Below, one piece after another: positions 12,781 through 25,712 of a stretch of DNA of 64,000 bases. Origin of the DNA: Nitrospirales bacterium (lineage in GTDB: Bacteria; Nitrospirota; Nitrospiria; Nitrospirales; UBA8639); NCBI GenBank assembly GCA_965203295.1, contig CBDBCZ010000018.1:448001-512000 (forward strand), written 5' to 3'. The notes below the pieces were generated by a model. It was given only the letters and a program-made list of their open reading frames with translations, did not search any database and was not told the origin of the DNA. The first letter of the stretch is position 1. Every line of letters starts with the position of its first letter. The position numbers and the translations under genes were made by a program.

Positions 12781-13975
12781 AGTATCGTGGCTCGGCGGTT
12801 GCTGGCCCTGAGGCTGTGCATTCTGGACTCGAAATTCTAACTGACTTTGCTCTGAAACTGTTCTATCACACTAAAACATACAGGTATAGATAGATAGATA
12901 GATAGATAGATATTTTTAAGTCTCGCTACAAAGCAGCAGGCCAAACTTGGCCTATGAGACTGGGCAGTTACATAGCAGGCAGCGTTACATAGATCAAAGT
13001 TCAATCATTCCTTTGTTCCAGACCTAGTTGTATTAGCAACAGGACTGGGGGATATAGGAGTCCACCTCCACGAATGATTCGTATTGCCTCTTCTAATCCT
13101 TAGGCCAGGAACTCCATCCTGTACTTTGTAGCAGTCTTTCCTTGCAAGCCTTATCTTTCTAAGTTCATCACAACTCTCTTCTGAACTTGACTCCAAATCT
13201 TTTTTCTTCAAAGTACGCTTTTTCTTTCTTCTAATGACTGGGGTCCATTCTTCACTGCCTCTCGAGTATTTCACACCTGGTACATCGTTCTGCATTTCGT
13301 ATCGAACTGAGTCACATTGAAAAAGATCAAGGGGGACTTCATCAGCCTGATCAGACACAGGTATAGCTGTGACGCTAGCTTAAGAATTTCCAGCACGCTT
13401 CAAGATGCAAGGGGTAGTAGTAACACATGGTGGGTGGGCATCATCTAGAGTAGCGGGTGGAGGACGACTAGATTGTACCTGAGCTGAAGATCCAGGTAGC
13501 TGAACACTACTAGGAGGACAGGAGGGAGTCGCTTTCGTTCTTCGCCTAGGCTTACGACGCTTCTTCGATACACGGACGGGCTGTTTCACACCTCTATCGC
13601 TGCTTTGCTGGTCTGGCCAGAAAAGGCTCACCGAGAAACCCAAATTTGTCTGCTTCGCAGTCCATTGAGCCTGCTCCAATGAAAGCTTACACTCCTGCAG
13701 TTGAATGCAGACAGATAAGGGCAGTCCAGCTTCCTGGAGACTCACGTAGTAACCCTCTATAACAGACACACGAATTCGGTCACCGGTCGCCATTTAATTT
13801 GGAGATGAAGAAAGAATTTGTTTTGCCAGTCAACAAATGAAACAGACAAATACTACCTACAAAAGAACGGACACATTCACTAAACAACAAAGACTACAAA
13901 ATGGAGAGGGGGTTTACGTAGAACAAAGACAAGTGTTAACTATCCATCAAAGCCTAACCTAATTGTCACTCTACT
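12781..13975. mobile_element. Composite insertion in the satellite flanked by the direct repeat ACAACTGT
   Basis: acaactgt at 12773-12780 and 13976-13983; the satellite register resumes exactly afterwards. Weak terminal inverted similarity ((tgt)agtatcgtggc / gtcactctact(aca)). Confidence 0.75.
12886..13793 (-). mobile_element. Probable non-autonomous LINE (CR1/L2-like): ORF1-like frame 13793-13005 with one in-frame stop, then a short 3' UTR with stem-loop and (TATC)n tail
   Basis: ORFs 13380-13793 and 13005-13358 are in the same frame (starts 435 nt apart), giving 262 codons with one TAA. About 100 nt downstream lie the hairpin aggccaagtttggcct and a (TATC)n tail. No endonuclease or RT sequence is present. 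The ORF1 assignment is inference. Confidence 0.55.
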
Positions 13976-16900
13976 ACAACTGTGGCAGTTCATTTGATGT
14001 GACAGGTAAAACAGATGCTTTTTGTTGATCTCCATACACATGTACGTTCATGCATACTAAGCCTCCATAAATGCGTGACGAACTTCCATACTTGCGTGCT
14101 GAACCGACATAGATGTGTGATCATCAGCACACATCTATGGAGGTTCAGCACGCATCTATGGCGGCTCAGCATACAACTATGGCAGTTCATTTGATATGAC
14201 AGGCAAACAAGTTCTTTGTTCATGTCCATACATGTATGTACGACCCTTCATACTATGCTTCCATGTAATGTGTGTTAAACTTCCACAGATGCATTCTGAT
14301 CAGCGCGCATCTGAGGAGGTTCAGCACACAACTATGGCAGTTAATTTTTGTGACAGGCAAAATACGCTATTTGTTCATCTCCATACACGTATGTACAATG
14401 TTCATGCATACTAAGCCTTTGTAGATGCATGCTGAACTTCCATACTTGCGTGCTGAACCTCTATAGAAGTGTGATTAGCACGCATCTATGGAGGAGGTTC
14501 AGCACACAACTATGGCAGTTCATTTGATGACAGGCAAAACAGATGCTCTTCGTCTCACATGTAAAACGTTCATGCATACTAAGCCTCCATAAATGCGTGC
14601 TGAATTTCCATACGTGCGTGCTGAACCGCCATAGATGTGTGATCATCAGCACACATCTATGAAGGTTCAGCACGCATCTATGGAATCTCAGCACAACTAT
14701 GGCAGTTCATTTGATGACAGGCAAAACAAATTCTTTGTTCATCTCCATACACGTATGTACGACCCTGCATACTAAGCTTCCATAATAATGTGTGCTGAAC
14801 CTTCACAGATGTATTCTGATCAGCGCGCATCTGTGGAGGTTCAGCAAACAACTATGGCAGTTAATTTTTGTGACAGGCAAAATAGATGCTATTTGTTAAT
14901 CTTCATGCGCAGGTACGATGTTCATGCATACTAAGCCTTTGTAGAGGCATACTGAACTTCCATACTTGCGTGCTGAACCTCTATAGGTGTAATCATCAGC
15001 ACACATCTAAGGGGGTTCAGCACGCATCTATGGAGGTTCAGCACACAACTATGGCAGTTCATTTGGTGTGACAGGCAAAACGGATGCTCTTCATCTCCAT
15101 ATACGTATGTACAACGTTCATGCATACTAAGCCTCCATAAATGCGTGCTGAATTTCTATACGTGCATGCTGAACCGCCATAGATGTGTGATCATCAGCAC
15201 ACATCTATGAAGGTTCAGCACGCATCTATGGAGGCTCAGCACACAACTATGGCAGTTCATTTGTTGACAGGCAAAACAAATTTTTTGTTCATCTCCATAC
15301 ACGTATGTACGACCCTGCATACTAAGCTTCCATAATGTGTGCTGAACCTTCACAGATGCATTCTGATCAGCGCGCATCTGTGGAGGTTCAGCACACAACT
15401 ATGGCAGTTAATTTTTGTGACAGGCAAAATAGACACTATTTGTTCATCTTCATATGCGTAGGTACGATGTTCATGCATACTAAGCCTTTGTAGAGGCATG
15501 CTGAACTTCCATACTTGCGTGCTGAACCTCTATAGGTGTAATCATCAGTACACATCTAAGGAGGTTCAGCACGCATCTATGGAGGTTCAGCACACCTATG
15601 GCAGTTAATTTGGTGTGAATGGCAAAACATGCTGTTCGTCTCATACACATATGTAAAACGTTCATGCATACTAAGCCTCCATAAATACGTGCTGAATTTC
15701 CATACGTGCTTGCTGAACCGCCATTGATGTGTGATCATCAGCACACATCTATGAAGGTTCAGCACGCATCTATGGAGGCTCAGCACACAACTATGGCAGT
15801 TCATTTGATGACAGGCAAAACAAATTCTTTGTTCATCTCCATACACGTATGTACGACCCTGCATACTAAGCTTCCATAATAATGTGTGCTGAACCTTCAC
15901 AGATGTATTCTGATCAGCGCGCATCTGTGGAGGTTCAGCAAACAACTATGGCAGTTAATTTATGTGACAGGCAAAATAGATGCTATTTGTTAATCTTCAT
16001 GCGCAGGTACGATGTTCATGCATACTAAGCCTTTGTAGAGGCATACTGAACTTCCAAACTTGCGTGCTGAACCTCTATAGGTGTAATCATCAGCACATAT
16101 CTAAGGGGGTTCAGCACGCATCTATGGAGGTTCAGCACACAACTATGGTAGTTCATTTGGTCTGAAAGGCAAAACGGATGCTCTTCATCTCCATATACGT
16201 ATGTACAATGTTCATGCATACTAAGCCTCCATAAATGAGTGCTGAATTTCTATACGTGCGTGCTGAACCGCCATAGATGTGTGATCATTAGCACACATCT
16301 ATGAAGGTTCAGCACGCATCTATGGAGGCTCAGCACACAACTATGGCAGTTCATTTGTTGACAGGCAAAACAAACTCTTTGTTCATCTCCATACACATAT
16401 GTACGACCCTGCATACTAAGCTTCCATAATGTGTGCTGAACCTTCACAGATGCATTCTGATCAGCGCGCATCTGTGGAGGTTCAGCACACAACTATGGCA
16501 GTTGATTTTTGTGACAGGCAAAATAGACACTATTTGTTCATCTTCATATGCGTAGGTACGATGTTCATGCATACTAAGCCTTTGTAGAGGCATGCTGAAC
16601 TTCCATACTTGCGTGCTGAACCTCTATAGGTGTAATCATCAGTACACATCTAAGGAGGTTCAGCACGCATCTATGGAGGCTCAGCACACAACTATGGCAG
16701 TTCATTTGGTGTGAACGGCAAAACATGCTGTTCGTCTCATACACGTATGTAAAACGTTCATGCATACTAAGCCTCTATAAATACGTGCTGAATTTCCATA
16801 CGTTCTTGCTGAACCGCCATTGATGTGTGATCATCAGCACACATCTATGAAGGTTCAGCACGCATCTATGGAGGCTCAGCACACAACTATGGCAGTTCAT

Positions 16901-18944
16901 TTGATGACAGGCAAAACAAATTCTTTGTTCATCTCCTTACATGTATGTACGACCCTACATACTAAGCTTCCATAATGTGTGCTGAACCTTCACAGATACA
17001 TTCTGATTAGCGCGCATTTGTGGAGGTTCAGCACACAACTATGGCAGTTGATTTTTGTGACAGGCAAAATAGACGCTATTTGCTCATCTCCATACTTTAG
17101 GTATGATGTTCATGCATACTAAGCCTTTGTAGAGGTATGCTGAACTTCCATACTTGCGTGCTGAACCTCTATAGGTGTAATTATCAGCTCACATTTAAGG
17201 AGGTTCAGCACGCATCTATGGAGGTTCAGCACACAACTATGGCAGTTCATTTGGTGTGACAGGCAAAACAAATTCTTTGTTCATCTCCATACACGTATGT
17301 ATGACCCTGCATACTAAGCTTCCATAATAATGTGTGCTGAACCTTCACAGATGCATTCTGATCAGCGCGCATCTGTGGAGGTTCAGCACACAACTATGGC
17401 AGTTAATTTTTGTGACAAGGCAAAATAGACGCTATTTGTTCATCTCTATACGTGTAGGTATGATGTTCATGCTTACTAAGCCTTTGTAGATGCATGCTAA
17501 ACTTCCATACTTGCGTGCTGAACCTCCGTAGGTGTAATCATCAGGTTCAGTACGCATCTATTGAGGTTCAGCACACAACTATGGTAGTTCATTTGGTGTG
17601 ACGCAAAACAGATGCTCTTTGTTCATCTCCATATACGTATGTACAACGTTAGTGCTAACTAAGCCTCCATAGATGCGTTCTGAACTTCCATACATGCGTG
17701 CTGAACCACCATAGATGAGTGATCATCAGCACACATCTATGAAGGTTCAGCACGCATCTATGGAGGCTCAGCACACAACTATGGCAGTTCATTTGATGAC
17801 AGGCAAAACAAATTCTTTGTTCATCTCCATACACGTATGTACGACCCTGCATACTAAGCTTCCATAATAATGTGTGCTGAACCTTCACAGATGCATTCTG
17901 ATCAGCGCGCATCTGTGGAGGTTCAGCACACAACTATGGCAGTTAATTTTTGTGACAAGGCAAAATAGACGCTATTTGTTCATCTCTATACGTGTAGGTA
18001 TGATGTTCATGCTTACTAAGCCTTTGTAGATGCATGCTAAACTTCCATACTCGCGTGCTGAACCTCCATAGGTGTAATCATCAGTACACATCTAAGGAGG
18101 TTCAGTACGCATCTATGGAGGTTCAGCACACAACTATGGTAGTTCATTTGGTGTGACGCAAAACAGATGCTCTTTGTTCATCTCCATATACGTATGTACG
18201 TTAGTGCTAACTAAGCCTCCATAGATGCGTTCTGAACTTCCATACATGCGTGCTGAACCGCCATAGATGAGTGATCATCAGCACACATCTATGAAGGTTC
18301 AGCACGCATCTATGGAGGCTCAGCACATAATTATGGCAGTTCATTTGATGACAGGCAAAACAAATTCTTTGTTCATCTCCATACACGTATGTACGACCCT
18401 GCATACTAAGCTTCCATAATAATGTGTGCTGAACCTTCACAGATGCATTCTGATCAGCGCGCATCTGTGGAGGTTCAGCACACAACTATGGCAGTTAATT
18501 TTTGTGACAAGGCAAAATAGACGCTATTTGTTCATCTCTATACGTGTAGGTATGATGTTCATGCTTACTAAGCCTTTGTAGATGCATGCTAAACCTCCAT
18601 ACTTGCGTGCTGAACCTCCATAGGTGTAATCATCAGTACACATCTATGGAGGTTCAGCACATATCTATGGCGGCTCAGCTCACAACAATGGCAGTTCATT
18701 TGGTGTGACAGGCAAAACAAATTCTTTGTTCATCTCCATTATATTACACGTATGTATGACCCTGCATACTAAGCTTCCATGTATGTGTGCTGAACCTTCA
18801 TAGATGCATGCTGATCAGAGCGCATCTGTGGAGGTTCAGTACACAACTATGGCAGTTTATTTTTATGTGACATAGGCAAAACTGATGCTATTTGTTCATC
18901 TCCATACACATATGTACAACATTCATGCATATAAACCTCCATAG

Positions 18945-20928
18945 TAGGCCAGAGCTAAATATTCTGGAATAAAAATAATTTAGAATAAAGGGTCAATTTT
19001 TAAATGTTGAATAATCGGTAAGAAAAACGAAAATTCGGATTGTACAGGCACATTTTTAACATCTACGTGTAACCAAAATTTTCTTGCTTTACGGTACAGG
19101 CTGTTTTACGATGTGGCATAAGCAAAGCCGATGCTCTTCGTTCATCTCCTTACATGTACGTAACTTGACTAGTTTCCCCGACATATTGTGTTCCACATTT
19201 CTTACAAGAAATCAAGTAGATAACATGCTTTGTCTCACAATTTATTGTATCGCTATTACTATTGACCTTGTATTGTTTACCCGTAACATTACTTGTAAAA
19301 CTGTCCCTTCCACAATATACTTACATGTTTTACATCTATTTTCCCAGATTTAGTTACTGTACAGCTATGTTTGGCCTGGGTATCATCCACCATGTCACTT
19401 TCCGATGAAACAGGCTTTGCGAACATCATTTCATTATCACAGGACCTTATCTTGCTAATTTTTTGGGTTATATCTTTCTTTAACTCTTTACCGACCGTTG
19501 AATTACGCATTACGTTATTTCCGTGACCATAAGAAATTAATCAGTTGCACGTGGCACAACGGTACATAGCGTCTGCTACTGTAACTGAAAACTAAGCCAG
19601 AATTGGACTGGATACTACACAGAATCGGAGAGAAGAGTCCCCGCGCTTCGTTTTGATGGCAGATTTGTTTGTTTTTGGTATACAGAAAGCCATGAACAGC
19701 AGCGGACAAAAAACGGAAGGTAAGCGTACAATAGCGATAGGCAGATAATTGAGCTGATACAATAAAAAATACTTGCCGTAGGAACTAGGTAGCTTTTAAC
19801 AATAATGTACGGGTTCATATAGGATGCCTGGGACTGAATAGCATGTACTTTCGTCGCTCTTGGGGCTTGTTTTTGCTGTAGACACACCCCCCCGGTTGTG
19901 AGAATCGATCACCGTGTTGCCATAGAATAGGCACGGTGTTGTGCATTCTCACGGGTCTGTACCAGCATTGCAGGCACTGTATGTTGTTGTGCAGGCTTCT
20001 CATATATGTCTCTTCCTCTGTAGGCTTTTCCACCTCCCAGATGTACCAGTATCTGTCGGAATGTAACACAATTTTATAGCGATAGCCAATATCAATTTGT
20101 TTTACCGGCACTTACCCCAGGATACAGCTCACTGAGACAGCCAGAGTGGATGTCCATGCCATTGCCAGATCCACCGACGGGTTCTAGAAACTAGTTGGTG
20201 GTTTGCAGAATTGCTAGCAATACTTTGAAGCCTAGAATATCAACCGCTTCTTGTGTGTTTACTAACCAGCTGTTGTTCATTGTACAGTATCTCGCGACTT
20301 GCAGAGGAAGCCCCTGTAAAATTACACCAAAATGAAAGGATTAATTCATTATGACATCGTCAAACCGTTTGGGACTCTCCCTTGCATGCCGTTTCGCCGC
20401 TAGAGCTCGATCGTTCTTCATGACGGCATATGCCGTCATTGGTCGTTTGACGCACATTGCGTCATGACGGCAAACGCCGTCATTGGTCGGTAAAGAGTTA
20501 AAGGACTAGGGTATGAGTCCATCATAAAATGTCGCCGCTATCATAAAATGCATGAAATAAAGAGTGAGTACCAACACAAGAAACGTTGGGGCAATAAAGC
20601 CACCAAGCACAGGACTGAAAGCTGAGTAAACACATGAAAACTAGAAGGGCATCTCTATCCAAACTCAATGCACTCATTGCAGTAGCACGTACAACACGTA
20701 AAAGTAAAGGGGGCGAAAATGTTAAAAAGGGTTATGTAAACATACGATGAATGTGTGTGTAAGGTATTGCATCAAAATATTCATTAGCACCAGCAAAAAC
20801 TTCCTTCAAGTTGAATAACAGGCCATATTCAATTGATTAATTGAGTAGGGTCACTGAATAATAGGGAAAAAGCAAGAACAAAGAATTTAAATAATAGGCA
20901 ATTTGAATGAATAATCAGCTCAGGCCTA
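18945..20928. mobile_element. Non-autonomous hAT-like element inserted in the satellite
   Basis: TIRs TAGGCCAGAGCTAAATATTC / GAATAATCAGCTCAGGCCTA; degenerate 8-bp TSD ctccatag / ctctatgg, after which the satellite continues in register; subterminal gaataa repeats. Related right ends at ~21545-21558 and ~34333-34345. Confidence 0.75.
19484..20497. mobile_element. Non-autonomous piggyBac-type element nested in the hAT-like element
   Basis: TTAA at 19480-19483 and 20498-20501; perfect 13-bp TIR CTCTTTACCGACC / GGTCGGTAAAGAG; two subterminal palindromes atgacggcatatgccgtcat and atgacggcaaacgccgtcat. Confidence 0.9.
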
Positions 20929-23900
20929 CTCTATGGATGCGTGCTCAATTTCCATACTTGCGTGCTGAACTTCCATAGATGTGTGATCATCAGCACGCAT
21001 CTATGGAGGTTCAGCATGCACCTATGGAGGAGGTTCCGCACACAACTATGGCAGTTCATTTGATGTGACAAGCAAAACAGATGCTCTTTGTTCATCTCCA
21101 TACATGTATGTACAACGTTCATGCATACTAAGCCTCCATAGATGTGTGCTGAACTTCCATACTTGCGTGCTGAACTTCTATAGATGTATGATCATCAGCA
21201 TGCATCTATGGAGGTTCAGCATGCATCTATTGAGGAGGTTCAGCACACAACTATGGCAGTTCATTTTTATGTGACGGGCAAAACTGAGGCTCTTTGTTCA
21301 TCTCCATACACATACCGTAGAATACGTATCAAGCACCCATGGGATCGAGAACCTTGGAATGCCGCGGAAGAGGGGGGTGGGCGCTTACTATGTATTCGTC
21401 CGCAAACGGCATGTAGTATCTACCCACCACCCAGGAAGTGAGGAATCTTCACCATAACATATTTTCCACCATACTATCATACCATTCAGGTGAAGTAAAC
21501 TTATAACTAAAACGCAAGGAGTGAACTCGAGCAATAAAATTCGAACAGCTCCGGCCTACTTCATAGATGTGTGCTCAATTTCCATACTTGCGTGCTGAAC
21601 TTCCATAGATGTGTGATCATCAGCACGCATCTATGGAGGTTCAACATGCATCTATAAAGGAGGTTCCGCACACAACTATGGCAGTTCATTTGATGTGACA
21701 TAGGCAAAACAGATGCTTTGTTCATTTCCATAATATACTATGTACAACGTTCAAATCAGCACGTATCTATGAAGGTTTAGCGCACACTAGGGCAGTTCAT
21801 TTTTATGTGACAGGCAAAACAGATGCTTTGTTCATCTCATACACGTATGTACAACGTTCATGCATACTAAGCTTCCATACATATACCAGGTACTGGCTGA
21901 ACTTTCAACTTTCAGAGTCTGGCAAGAGCAATCAGTTTTATTTGTAGGTTTATATATACCTCCACCTATAGCATTACTCTTGGCAAATAAACATCACTAT
22001 AACAGCTACACAGATTGTTTCTTTGATGGAGTCAAGGCACGTGCCACACCCTAGCCCAGACTTTGTGTTTAGCACGTGTTAAAAACAGTATAGTCTTGTC
22101 TTTATCCGCTTTGTACATGCACAGCAAAGTCTTTTGACCCTTTCCTGTGAAGCTTAGTATGCATGGTCATATACATACGTGTATGGAGATGAACAAAAAG
22201 AATCTGTTTTACCTGTCACATCATCAGCACACATCTATGGAGGTTCAGCACACATCTATGGAGGTTCAGTGCACATCTATGGAGATTCAGCACACAACTA
22301 TGGCAGTTCATTTTATGTGACAGGCAAACAGAGGCTCTTTGTTCATCTCCACACACACCACAGAGTACGTATCAAGCACCCATGGGATCAAGAACCTTGG
22401 AATGCCGCAGAGAGGGTGGGCACTTACTATGTATCTGCCCGCAAACGGCATGATTGTAGTATCTGCCACCACCCTGGAAGCGAGGAATCTTCACATAATA
22501 TCATACCATCCAAGTGAAGTAAACTTATAACTAAAGCGCATTGAGCGAACTTAAACAGTAAAATTCGATCTTTAGTGTGCTTTTGTTGGAATACCGGACT
22601 AGCTACATTGTATATTTCACAGTTATCTGCGCACTTTTATAGCTATTCTAATACATAAGCTTCAATAGTTGTCTAATTAAAGAGGACTATACTACCTTTT
22701 CCTCATTTTGCATTGTGCATTTGCAAAGTGTTTAAGTGGGCAGATACTACGCGAATAAATGTAGTCCTTGCTGAAAGTTGACGCTGAAGAGGGGGTGGGC
22801 ACTTAATACATGATGGGCACTTGATATGTACTCTACGGTATGTACAATGTTCATGCATGCTAAGCCTCCATAGATGTGTGCTGAACTTCCATACTTGCGT
22901 GCTGAACCTCCATAGAAGTGTGATCCATCAGCATGCATCTATGGATGTTCAGCACGCATCTATGGAGGAGGTTCAGCACAACTATGGTAGGTCATTTTTA
23001 TGATGTAACACAGCAGAATAGATTCTCTTTGTTCATCTCCATACACGTATGTACGACCCTGCATACTAAGTTTTACAGATACGTGCTGAACCTCCTCAGA
23101 TGTGTGCTAATCAGCACGTATCTATGAAGATTTAGCGCACACTATGGCAGTTCATTTTTATGTGACAGGCAAAACAGATGCTTTGTTCATCTCATACACG
23201 TATGTACAATGTTCATGCATACTAAGCTTCCATACATATACCAGGTACTGGCTGAACTTTCAACTTTCAGAGTCTGGCAAGAGTAATCAGTTTTATTTGT
23301 AGGTTTATATATACCTCCACCTATAGCATTACTTTTGGCAAATAAACATCACTATAACGGCTACACAGATTGTTTCTTTGATGGAGTCAAGGCACGTGCC
23401 ACACCCTAGCCCAGACTTTGTGTTTAGCACGTGTTAAAAACAGTAGTCTTGTCTTTATCCGCTTTGTACATGCACAGCAAAGTCTTTTGACCCTTTGCTG
23501 TGAAGCTTAGTATGCATGGTCATATACATACGTGTATGGAGATGAACAAAAAGAATCTGTTTTACCTGTCACATCATCAGCACACATCTATGGAGGGTCA
23601 GCACGCATCTAGGGAAGTTCAGCACACATCTATGGAGGTTCAGTGCACATCTATGGAGATTTAGCACACAACTATGGCAGTTCACTTTTATGATGTGCAT
23701 AGGCACACTATGTGTAATGTTCATGCATACTAAGCCTCCATATTAAACCTCCATAGATGTGTGCTGAACTGCCATACTTGCGTGCTGACCCTCCATAGAT
23801 GTGTGCTGATGATGTGACAGGTAAAACAGATTCTTTTTGTTCATCTCCATACACGTATGTGTGGCACGTGCCTTGACTCCATCAAAGAAACAATCTGTGT

Positions 23901-24310
23901 GTGTGCGTGCTGAACCTCCATAGATGTGTACTCATCAGCATGCATCTATGGAGGTTCAGCACACAACTATGGCAGTTCATTTGATGTGACATAGGCAAAA
24001 CAGATTCTCTTTGTTCATCTCAATACATGTACGTATGTACGACTATGCATGCTGAACCTCCATTGATGCGTGCTGATCAGCGCGCATGTATGGAGGTTCA
24101 GCATACAACTATGGTAGTTCACTTTAATGTAACATAGGTAAAACAGATGCTCTTAATCTCTATACACGTATGTACGATGTTCATGCATACTATGCTTCCA
24201 TAGATGCGTGCTGATCAGCACACATCTACCGAGGTTCAGCAAGCACCCATGGCAGTTCAGAATGCAAATATGGAGGTTCAGCACACTACTATGGCAGTTC
24301 ATTTTTAACT
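20929..24310. repeat. Satellite array 2 (same monomer), interleaved with MITE fragments and locally inverted monomers
   Basis: Same monomer. Inverted pieces at ~22150-22215 and ~23503-23578. Non-satellite blocks at ~21313-21558, ~21885-22151, ~22358-22840 and ~23241-23503. Confidence 0.9.
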
Positions 24311-25712
24311 TATTGCGCATGGGAAGCCACTTAAGTTGCTCGTATTCAATAATTTTTTGCGTGTAGCCTATGTGGAAGGCCACCAAAGTGGCACTTTCCT
24401 TAGTGGAGAACCTTCTATTATTAGAAACAGGCTGTATTTACAAGTCGATATACATAGCCTAAATTCTGGAAGTCATTTCGAGCAACTAACGCACGGGTAC
24501 CAGCCAGATCATCAATACACGGTACATAGTCCACAGATATAAAAGTGTTTTCTTGTAGCGCTGAATAGTTTAGGCCTTGAGCAAGCCGCAGAGGAGTGGT
24601 CTGATTACTGATTAGAAAAAGTACCAGACATTTTAAAATATATACACTGCCAATCAATAATACTGAATAAAGTAAAAAGCCCAAGATGGTCGGTTTTAGC
24701 TGAGAGGGTCACATGTAGATGCCTGCAATATAATAAACCTATGCGAAGCGCTCATTTACAGGCTTACATACGTGTTTACGCTTATATTAGCCTTTGGCAT
24801 AGGGAAATCCCCTCCTATGGTCATACACTTGTTTGACCATACCTCTGTGATGTAACTGCCAAACACTACACTCATACCCTTAGTACACTAAATTGACAAT
24901 TATGATGTGTAGATAGATCGCATGAGTGACATTACAATCGCATGCAATGAGTTAAACCACTGCATTGAGTCCACTATTGAGCCCACTATGAATAGTCAGG
25001 TTCTTTCACTTTATATACTGTATAATATTGTTCAATGTCTTCAAGGCTATCGACAGAGAGGTCCTTCTATGCATGGCGCAAGGGGATTGACTACAGTGTA
25101 GTAGTCTCCTTCAGGGCATGGCAATACAATGCAGAGACACAGCTTCAAATGCCAAAGCACAGAAAAGCACAGATAGAAGCAAAGTGGTATTTATTCCAAT
25201 GGATCTAAATAGTGCTTCCGCTTTAAGTTGCTGTCCTTGAGTGGAGTAGCCCAAGTTTGTTGTCCAGTCGGAGATCACTAATCCTCTGTCTCTGTTAATA
25301 TTTGAGTGGGATTTCCATCAAATTCTAGCCCTAGCATTAACCTTTAACGTAATGCCATACTGTAAGGGTCAAAGTCTTGATCAGCCAACTTACCAGAAAT
25401 TGACAAAATAGCACTGGTAGGAGCACATTACCAGGAATTGACAAAATAGCACTGGTAGAAGCACATAATGTCATAGAAAAACCAAAGAGAGTATAGGTGC
25501 TAGAAGCTTCAACCTGAGAGATCCCACAGCAGCTCTGTTACTATTTTGGGCATACACATGCTACAGTCTGCTAGCTTGTGGGTGGCTTGAAACAAGTTAC
25601 AGCCTTCTAGTAAAGTGACACTATACCCTACAATGATCAGCGATTCCAACAAGGTTGCCTACAACTCTTAAGACATCAAACCCAACGGTGATTACTGCCA
25701 TGTTTGACTAAA

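Larger units (their letters stand above)
11690..18944. repeat. Complex satellite array 1 (monomer ~160-200 bp, internally palindromic, with higher-order repeats); interrupted at 12781-13975
   Basis: Recurrent ctatggcagttcatttgatgtgacaggcaaaacagatgctctttgttcatctccatacacgtatgtacaacgttcatgcatactaagcc followed by gtgctgaacctccatagat / atctatggaggttcagcac subrepeats. Offsets of 540-552 bp and 1094 bp between matching variants. Confidence 0.95.

Noticed and set aside
11673..18485. Many 60-140 aa ORFs rich in LHRCVLNL / HLWRFST
   Set aside because: Translations of the satellite on both strands and in all frames; indels between monomers do not preserve frame.
19815..20111. ORF inside the piggyBac-type element as a transposase remnant
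   Set aside because: No recognisable DDD or intact Cys-rich domain motif.
20929..24310. CRISPR-like appearance (palindromic repeats with intervening sequence)
   Set aside because: Intervening sequences are themselves repeated and irregular in length; no unique spacers, no cas genes, eukaryotic context.
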